Of a DNA stretch of 41,561 nt, positions 35,166 through 41,561 are shown piece by piece. The first letter of the stretch is position 1. Every line of letters starts with the position of its first letter. A program made the position numbers and the translations under genes. The stretch spans positions 1-41,561 of the forward strand of contig MHWS01000003.1 in assembly GCA_001824215.1 (NCBI GenBank). Direction: 5' to 3'. The stretch is from Candidatus Zambryskibacteria bacterium RIFCSPLOWO2_12_FULL_39_16. GTDB taxonomy: Bacteria > Patescibacteriota > Minisyncoccia > Phycocordibacterales > WO2-35-19. The notes beneath the pieces are model-generated. The model was given only the letters and a program-made list of their open reading frames with translations. It did no database searches and was not told the DNA's origin.

Positions 35166-36810
35166 GAAAAACCACAAATATATTTTTGTAGTAGGAGGTG
35201 TTATGTCGGGAGTCGGGAAAGGGATAGCTTCATCGTCAATCGGCAAAATTCTTCAAAGCAAAGGTTTCAAAGTCAACCCTATAAAGGTTGACCCTTATTT
35301 AAACGTAGATGCTGGCAATATGAATCCGATAGAGCACGGCGAAGTGTTTGTGCTGGATTCGGGGCTTGAGACTGATCAGGATATGGGCAACTATGAGCGT
35401 TTTTTGGAGATGAATCTCAATAGCGAGGATTATATGACCTCTGGCAGTGTTTATAAGCATGTTATAGAAAGAGAGCGCAATTTAGGCTATCGCGGCAAAT
35501 GTGTTGAAGCTATACCTCATATTACCGAAGAGATTTTAAGGCGCATAAAAAAAGCGGCTGATGAGCACCAGTCTGATATTTCTCTCATTGAGATAGGAGG
35601 GACGATAGGTGATTATCAAAATATTCTTTTTATTGAAGCGGCAAGAACTCTCAAAATAAAACATCCTCAGGATGTCATTTTTATTATGGTAAGTTACTTG
35701 CCTATACCGGGGTCGCTTGGTGAAATGAAAACACGCCCAACCCAGAACGCAGTTCGTCAACTCAACTCTTATGGTGTTCAACCCGATATAATCATCGCCA
35801 GAGGCGCTCAGTCTCTTGATTATAAACGCAAAGAAAAGATAGCCATGGCTTGCGCTATTGCTCCGGAGAATGTCATTTCGGCACCGGATATTGCAAGTAT
35901 TTATGATGTACCTATTAATTTTGAAAAAGATAAAATCAGCAGCATTATACTTAAAATTTTTCACCTTCGGTCAAAAACAAACGGCAATTCTCTGAAATAT
36001 TGGAAAGATTTCGTGCATGAAAGAGCTCAAGCTAAAAAAGAATTGCAAATCGCTGTGGTTGGAAAATATTTTGATACTGGTGATTTTGTCTTGTCCGACG
36101 CTTATGTTTCTGTCATTGAAGCTATTAAATTTTCATCTGCTTGGAAAGGGGCGCGAACTAATCTTACGTGGATAAATTCAAAAGAATATGAAACAGACCC
36201 TAAAAAAATTTCCGAATTAAAAGATTATGATGGCATTATTGTGCCAGGAGGATTTGGCGAGAGTGGGGTAGAAGGGGTAATCATGGCCGTAGAATACGCC
36301 AGAGTTAACAAAATACCTTACTTAGGTCTCTGCTACGGTATGCAGCTTGCGGTTATTGAATTTGCCAGAAATGTCATCGGTTGGAAAGATGCACACACAT
36401 CTGAAATAAATCCAAAATCATCCCATGTAGTCATAGATATCATGCCGGAGCAGAAAAAACTTTTGGAGGAGGGAAGATACGGAGCGACGATGCGACTTGG
36501 GGCATACCCTGCTATTTTGAAAAAGGGGACAATAGCTTACGGAGCATATGGTGAAAAAAATATTTCCGAAAGGCACAGGCATCGCTATGAAGTTAACCCT
36601 GAGTATATCGCTGACGTAGAAAATGCGGGGATGGTTTTCTCCGGCACTTCGCCCGACAGAAGGCTTATGGAAATCGCTGAACTTCCCAAAAACATTCACC
36701 CGTTTTTCCTTGGCACTCAATTTCATCCAGAATTTAAAGCTCGTCCTCTCCATCCGCACCCTCTTTTTACTGCCTTTATTGACGCTTGTTTGAAGAATAG
36801 ACAATCATAA
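35161..36810 (+). CDS. pyrG: CTP synthase
   Basis: GGVMSGVGKG, KVDPYLNVD, HGEVFV, PGGFG, GLCYGMQ, ERHRHRYE, QFHPEF. Confidence 0.98.
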   Translation: MKKNHKYIFVVGGVMSGVGKGIASSSIGKILQSKGFKVNPIKVDPYLNVDAGNMNPIEHGEVFVLDSGLETDQDMGNYERFLEMNLNSEDYMTSGSVYKHVIERERNLGYRGKCVEAIPHITEEILRRIKKAADEHQSDISLIEIGGTIGDYQNILFIEAARTLKIKHPQDVIFIMVSYLPIPGSLGEMKTRPTQNAVRQLNSYGVQPDIIIARGAQSLDYKRKEKIAMACAIAPENVISAPDIASIYDVPINFEKDKISSIILKIFHLRSKTNGNSLKYWKDFVHERAQAKKELQIAVVGKYFDTGDFVLSDAYVSVIEAIKFSSAWKGARTNLTWINSKEYETDPKKISELKDYDGIIVPGGFGESGVEGVIMAVEYARVNKIPYLGLCYGMQLAVIEFARNVIGWKDAHTSEINPKSSHVVIDIMPEQKKLLEEGRYGATMRLGAYPAILKKGTIAYGAYGEKNISERHRHRYEVNPEYIADVENAGMVFSGTSPDRRLMEIAELPKNIHPFFLGTQFHPEFKARPLHPHPLFTAFIDACLKNRQS

Positions 36811-36822
36811 ATAATTATTAAC

Positions 36823-37065
36823 TTATTTATTAAACAAATTTAATTTCCTCTTTCTTTTCCAACTTTTTATCTCAGATTCTCTCCCCCGAGCTTTTTTAAG
36901 TGTTTTGAAAGTTTCTTGGTATTTCAACACCACTGGTCTGCGTATCTTTGTATAATGAGCTCCTGATTTCGAAGTATTGTGTTGTTTCAATCTTTTTATC
37001 AGATTATTAGTGCAACCTATATAGAGAGACCTATCGGCACATTCTAAAATGTAAGTGATATACAT
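36823..37065 (-). CDS. Small GIY-YIG nuclease (UPF0213/YhbQ-like)
   Basis: YILECADRSLYIGCTNNLIKRLKQHN..GAHYTK.RRPV..RESEIK. Confidence 0.92.
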   Translation of the reverse strand: MYITYILECADRSLYIGCTNNLIKRLKQHNTSKSGAHYTKIRRPVVLKYQETFKTLKKARGRESEIKSWKRKRKLNLFNK

Positions 37066-37084
37066 AAAACTTTATTCTTCAGTA

Positions 37085-37115
37085 CCTACGCTCTGCTTCG
37101 GTCTGAGACGAAGTT
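37085..37115. repeat. CCTACGC..GCTTCGG family element upstream of the GIY-YIG gene
   Basis: CCTACGC-TCT-GCTTCGG followed by TCTGAGACGAAGT. Same layout as the uvrA and prfB inserts. Confidence 0.5.
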
Positions 37116-37131
37116 GGAACCTTATTAGTAA

Positions 37132-38715
37132 CTACTCTATCTTAAATTTAAACATCATCCCACTTTCGAGGTGTTCGGCAATATGACAATGCGCCATCCA
37201 TGTACCAGGATTTTCCATGTCTACCAGAATTTCAATAGTATCTCCTTTTTGAATAAGAGTCGTATCTTTCCAAACTAGATTATCATTTTTTACACCGTTT
37301 GTTGAAAGAACTAGAAATTTCTGACCGTGAATATGAAATGGGTGTTGCATCGGATGCATGGATTTTGGATCATTGTATATCTTTATCTTAACCTTATCAC
37401 CAACCTTAAACTCCCAATCAATATCGTCATTAGTTTTTTTAGTATCTTGGTCAATAATTTTCCATTTAATAACATTTGCCAGAGACATCGAATTCATCAT
37501 TGCCATGTTGTCTTCCCACTCAATCTTTTCATTGTCATTCCCGCCCATCATCATTCCACCATTACTCATCACTGCCCCATCGGGCATCATATGACTTCCC
37601 ATCATGCCCATATCCCCCATATCAACTGTAAAAACAAGACTCTTGTCTGCCTTTTTATCAAAATACTGACGAAGTAGTTCAATACTTGCAATGGTGTCAC
37701 TATTTGTTCGAAGCGTGAGAAATTGAGACCTGTACGAAGTTGCTACTTTTTCAGAAGATACATTTATTATTCCTATTGTGTATGTTTTCTCTGGAGTTTT
37801 ATGTTGGAGTGTATAAGTACCAGAAGTATCAAACAGAACTTCGATCACGGCACGCTCTGAAGGGCCAAGAAGTACACTGTCAACAAACGTCTCGTGTTCA
37901 TACTTTCCATTGTCGCCACCGACAAGCTTCATCTTTGCGCCAGGGATAGTGAGATTGAATACGCGAGTGTTCGCTGTATTAGTTATGTAAAAACGAGCTA
38001 CCTCACCTTGTTTAACAGTAAGGTTGTAGTTGTCTAACCCATTTACAAGCATCACATTCCCGAAACGACCCATCAGTGCATGGTCAGCAACAGAAACAAA
38101 CGGAGCGACTTTTCCATTTTCAATCAAAATATCATCAACCATAAGTGGCACCTCCTCATTCACTGGAGACCAATAGTTAGGATTATCCGAAGCCACTATG
38201 TAGTTACCGTAGAGACCCAATTCCTGTGCGTAGTCTTCTCTTACGTGGGGATGGTACCAATAGACACCTTCGTCTGGAAACTTTATTTTGTAGCTAAATG
38301 ATTGGCCGATACCTACCTCCCTTTGTGTCACATCCGGTACTCCGTCAAATCTGTTATCCAATCGAACTCCGTGTGAATGAATTGTGGTCGGTACATCAGT
38401 ATTATTAGTAAAATTAATGGTGACTTCTGATCCCTTGGAAACCTTAATGATAGGTCCTGGGATTGAACCGTTATAAGCAAGCATTTTTATTTCATTGCCC
38501 GCAATTACTTTTTTAACAATACTTGCCGTAAGATTGTACGTATCGCCATTTTTAAGTTCGACAATTTCCGGCTGTTTGGCGAGGAGGTAGTTTGAATTAT
38601 CCTGCACTTCAGGTTTTGGAGAAATCGTATTGTTGCTAAATATAAAATAGCCACCGATTAAAACAATGATGCCAATAATGGTGTAAATGATTTTTTGATT
38701 TTTCATATACTTCAT
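37132..38715 (-). CDS. Multicopper oxidase, membrane-anchored
   Basis: HSHG, WYHPH, HPFHIHG and HCHIAEHLESGM copper motifs, Met-rich loop, N-terminal TM helix. Confidence 0.95.
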   Translation of the reverse strand: MKYMKNQKIIYTIIGIIVLIGGYFIFSNNTISPKPEVQDNSNYLLAKQPEIVELKNGDTYNLTASIVKKVIAGNEIKMLAYNGSIPGPIIKVSKGSEVTINFTNNTDVPTTIHSHGVRLDNRFDGVPDVTQREVGIGQSFSYKIKFPDEGVYWYHPHVREDYAQELGLYGNYIVASDNPNYWSPVNEEVPLMVDDILIENGKVAPFVSVADHALMGRFGNVMLVNGLDNYNLTVKQGEVARFYITNTANTRVFNLTIPGAKMKLVGGDNGKYEHETFVDSVLLGPSERAVIEVLFDTSGTYTLQHKTPEKTYTIGIINVSSEKVATSYRSQFLTLRTNSDTIASIELLRQYFDKKADKSLVFTVDMGDMGMMGSHMMPDGAVMSNGGMMMGGNDNEKIEWEDNMAMMNSMSLANVIKWKIIDQDTKKTNDDIDWEFKVGDKVKIKIYNDPKSMHPMQHPFHIHGQKFLVLSTNGVKNDNLVWKDTTLIQKGDTIEILVDMENPGTWMAHCHIAEHLESGMMFKFKIE

Positions 38716-38726
38716 ATCTAACAGAT

Positions 38727-40292
38727 TTACGGGGTAACATTTATATCAAGCTCTAGTTTCAATACCGGATTAATTGCGGAATCGGTTTCTATATAGACAA
38801 TCTTTTTAGCGGGACCCGTTCCTTGGGGACCGTGTGCCGCTGGGTCTACTAATACATCAATGTTTATTTCTTTTCCTGGATTCACTACTTCATCTATTTG
38901 CGATGAAGGTCCTCCACGACCAGGCATACCAAATGGCCCCTTACGCGAGGTTTCGTTTATGAGCGTTGCTTCTGTGCACATACACGATGTATATATTTTG
39001 GTAATTTTAATTTGAGAGTCTCCGGAATTTTTTAATTTGAATGAATGTTCTACCTTTCCCTTAGCCATCGAAACTAAGCCAAAATCAAATGACTTTTCTT
39101 CTGACACAAGCTCGCTGTAGTTTCCAGAACCGATCCCACCCTCTCTATACCACAAACTTATTCCATTGGGCATCTTACCAACTTTTATTTTCACAGTTTC
39201 TTTTCCAAGAACAGTATCAATCACAGACACATCATCACTAAGTAGATTGGTCACATACACGAATTTTCCGTCTTTGGAAACAATCACTCCGTGTGGCGCT
39301 GACCCAGCAAGAACCGTTTGAGTTACTTTCATTTCTTGTAGATCAATTTTATAAACCAGGTTCCCGGTAGGTTGATCAAAATAATAGCCCTGGTCAGCAA
39401 CAAAAACAAAGCGAGAATCGGGCGTCGGATAAATCTGAACTGGGCCCTTCGCTTCTTTCGGCAAATCAACATAACTCAATTTTGCGGAAGCAATGTCGTA
39501 CACCGCCAAACTTTTTGTGTCATATACCGAGGCCAGAGCATACTTGCCATCCGGCGTCACCCCCGTCTGCACCGCTGCTCCCTTGAATTCAATATCTCTT
39601 AAAACAAAGCTTTCTATATCAAGAATTCCCAAACTTTTGCCTCCCAGCATTGCGATATAGGCGGTCTTGCCATCTGGGGAAATACGGAGCCCGTGAGGTC
39701 CATCGCCCTTTTTCGTAACGGTTTCTTCCTCCACTTCAAACGTAGTGGCATTTATCTTATAGATGACTCCTTTTTCCTGCGAAGCGACAATGGCATAGGA
39801 ACTATCCGGGGTAAGAGAAACATGCGAGAGATGAAGATTCTGTCCTATTTCAATTCTTTTTACAATCGCGTCTGAAAATGGGTCTATGACGATCACTTCA
39901 TCTTTACTTTTTCCCATATCCACTACTTCATCGCCATGACCTTCATCGGCTTGCGCTCTCGGTATGATCCGAAAAGACATTTCCATCTCTTCTTCTGCCG
40001 CGTTGGCGGTCACCCACACACTTTTATTATCTGGTGCAACTTGGACATTGTGGGCCATGTAGCCGACGGTCATACCATTTTTGTCTTCGGATAGATCAAT
40101 TCTTTTCAAGACCTGATTTGTCTTTGTGTCTATCACCGCTATTTCCCCAGTTCCTTCAACCGCCACATACGCTTTTTCCAGTACTCCAGAAACAATTCTA
40201 TTGCCGCCTTTGTCTCCAGTGCTCAAAACAATAATAACTCCGACGAGAGTGATAAAAAGAATTGAGGTAATAATGATTTTTTGATTTTTCAT
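38727..40292 (-). CDS. YVTN/YncE-type beta-propeller fused to a C-terminal Ig-like (DUF1573-like) domain
   Basis: Repeats such as PHGLRISPDGKTAY and PHGVIVSKDGKFVYVTN..SDDVSVID. C-terminal FDFG..F.LKNSG..TSCMCT. Confidence 0.8.
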   Translation of the reverse strand: MKNQKIIITSILFITLVGVIIVLSTGDKGGNRIVSGVLEKAYVAVEGTGEIAVIDTKTNQVLKRIDLSEDKNGMTVGYMAHNVQVAPDNKSVWVTANAAEEEMEMSFRIIPRAQADEGHGDEVVDMGKSKDEVIVIDPFSDAIVKRIEIGQNLHLSHVSLTPDSSYAIVASQEKGVIYKINATTFEVEEETVTKKGDGPHGLRISPDGKTAYIAMLGGKSLGILDIESFVLRDIEFKGAAVQTGVTPDGKYALASVYDTKSLAVYDIASAKLSYVDLPKEAKGPVQIYPTPDSRFVFVADQGYYFDQPTGNLVYKIDLQEMKVTQTVLAGSAPHGVIVSKDGKFVYVTNLLSDDVSVIDTVLGKETVKIKVGKMPNGISLWYREGGIGSGNYSELVSEEKSFDFGLVSMAKGKVEHSFKLKNSGDSQIKITKIYTSCMCTEATLINETSRKGPFGMPGRGGPSSQIDEVVNPGKEINIDVLVDPAAHGPQGTGPAKKIVYIETDSAINPVLKLELDINVTP

Positions 40293-40324
40293 ATTCGTGT
40301 CGTTATATAATTAATAAATGTTAC

Positions 40325-41560
40325 TCATATAGGAACCAGATCTTTCTCGACACGCTTGAGCAAGACTGCGTTCGTCGCCACAATTATCGAAGAGATACTC
40401 ATAAGAAGTGCCGCGAATTCTGGACGAAGCATGATACCAAAACTTGGATATAAGATTCCGCCAGCAATCGGTATGGCAAGGACATTATAAATTGAGGCCC
40501 AGAAAAGATTCTGCTTCATTTTGCGCACCGTTGCCTTACTGAGTGTAATGGCTCGAAGTATATCCAAAGGATCAGATTTCATAAGAACAACTTTTGCTGT
40601 TTCAATCGCTATATCCGTGCCTGCACCAATGGCAATACCGACATCAGATTGAGCGAGTGCCGGTGCATCGTTAACACCATCACCAACCATTGCCGTAAAT
40701 TTTCCTTCTTCTTGAAGTTTTTTGACGTAGCTCGCTTTGTCCGCAGGCATTACTTCTGCAAACACTCTTTCTATACCAATTTGACTCGCTACTTTCTCTG
40801 CGGTCATTTTATTGTCGCCGGTGATCATAGCAATCTCAATGCCTAAAGCCTTTAAACGATTGACTGCTTTTATGGCGTTAGGTTTTATTGGATCTTGCGC
40901 TCCGATAACAGCTTTGATGACTCCGTCAACAGCAAGAACCATTATCGTTTCTCCTTTTTCTAGAAACTCATTTATTTTTTTCTCCAATGTACCAAGAGTA
41001 ATGTTACTTTCTCTCATAAGCCTCACCGTGCCGATGAGTACAGGTTTCCCATTCACTACAGCTCTCACTCCCAAACCGGAAAGGTTTTCAAATTTATCAA
41101 CTGATTCTGGCAATGTAAGGCCGCGCACTTTAATCTCATCGAGCACAGCGCCTGCCAAAGGGTGGGATGATTTCGCTTCTGTCGCACCGACTAAGCGAAG
41201 TGCTTCATCTGCGTCGTATCCATCTGCCGTAGCTATATCGGTTACTTTTGGTTTTCCTTCGGTGAGTGTGCCTGTTTTGTCGAGTACAATGGCTTGAATT
41301 TTTGAGACTTGTTCGAGAGTCGGGGCGTCTTTTATAAGAATATTGTGTTTTGCTCCAAGTCCAGTACCGACAGCTACAGCCGTCGGAGTGGCAAGACCGA
41401 GCGCATCGGGGCAGGCAATGACAATCGTAGCGATCGCAAAGGAAAGTGCCAAGAGAAGCGGTGAGCCGACAATAAAATGCCAAATAATAAATACCAAAAG
41501 ACCTGATCCTACGGCCGCAATGACTAAGTACTTTGCAAACTTATCAGCAATTCTTTGTCC
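40325..41560 (-). CDS. P1B-type heavy metal (copper) ATPase, 5' end outside the window
   Basis: CPDALGLATP, DKTGTLT, SSHP, GDGVNDAPALA, YN and MxxSS motifs. The frame stays open to the window edge. Confidence 0.93.
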   Translation of the reverse strand, partial: GQRIADKFAKYLVIAAVGSGLLVFIIWHFIVGSPLLLALSFAIATIVIACPDALGLATPTAVAVGTGLGAKHNILIKDAPTLEQVSKIQAIVLDKTGTLTEGKPKVTDIATADGYDADEALRLVGATEAKSSHPLAGAVLDEIKVRGLTLPESVDKFENLSGLGVRAVVNGKPVLIGTVRLMRESNITLGTLEKKINEFLEKGETIMVLAVDGVIKAVIGAQDPIKPNAIKAVNRLKALGIEIAMITGDNKMTAEKVASQIGIERVFAEVMPADKASYVKKLQEEGKFTAMVGDGVNDAPALAQSDVGIAIGAGTDIAIETAKVVLMKSDPLDILRAITLSKATVRKMKQNLFWASIYNVLAIPIAGGILYPSFGIMLRPEFAALLMSISSIIVATNAVLLKRVEKDLVPI

Positions 41561-41561
41561 C

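Overview
AT-rich bacterial chromosome segment that looks like Patescibacteria/CPR, probably Parcubacteria. This is inferred from streamlined proteins, core genes without SD sites, leaderless promoters and a type IV pilus locus with no secretin; the genetic code is standard code 11. Contents in order: an isolated middle block of the S10/spc ribosomal protein operon (rpsS-rplE), comF, a type IV pilus locus (pilM/N/O/P-like, pilB, REC, pilT, pilC, two pilins, pilD, four minor pilins), ligA, gatCA, three tRNAs, small accessory genes, uvrB-uvrA-uvrC, a metzincin protease, an HNH nuclease between two tRNA-Thr genes, a truncated prfB, ftsEX, pyrG, a small GIY-YIG nuclease and a copper-handling cluster cut by the window end. 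The most striking unexplained signal is a dense population of short structured DNA elements from several families: long hairpins, Y-shaped palindromes, a MITE-like element and 7-mer tandem repeats. Many sit in frame inside housekeeping and pilin genes (uvrB, uvrA, uvrC, prfB, comF, gatC, pilD, pilin leaders), with sister copies in intergenic DNA and next to the GIY-YIG gene. Also notable are co-varying non-canonical 18:55 pairs in four of five tRNAs, an atypical initiator tRNA, a candidate standalone ncRNA at about 23.3 kb and a P1B ATPase with a CPD motif. All assignments come from reading the sequence; no searches were run.
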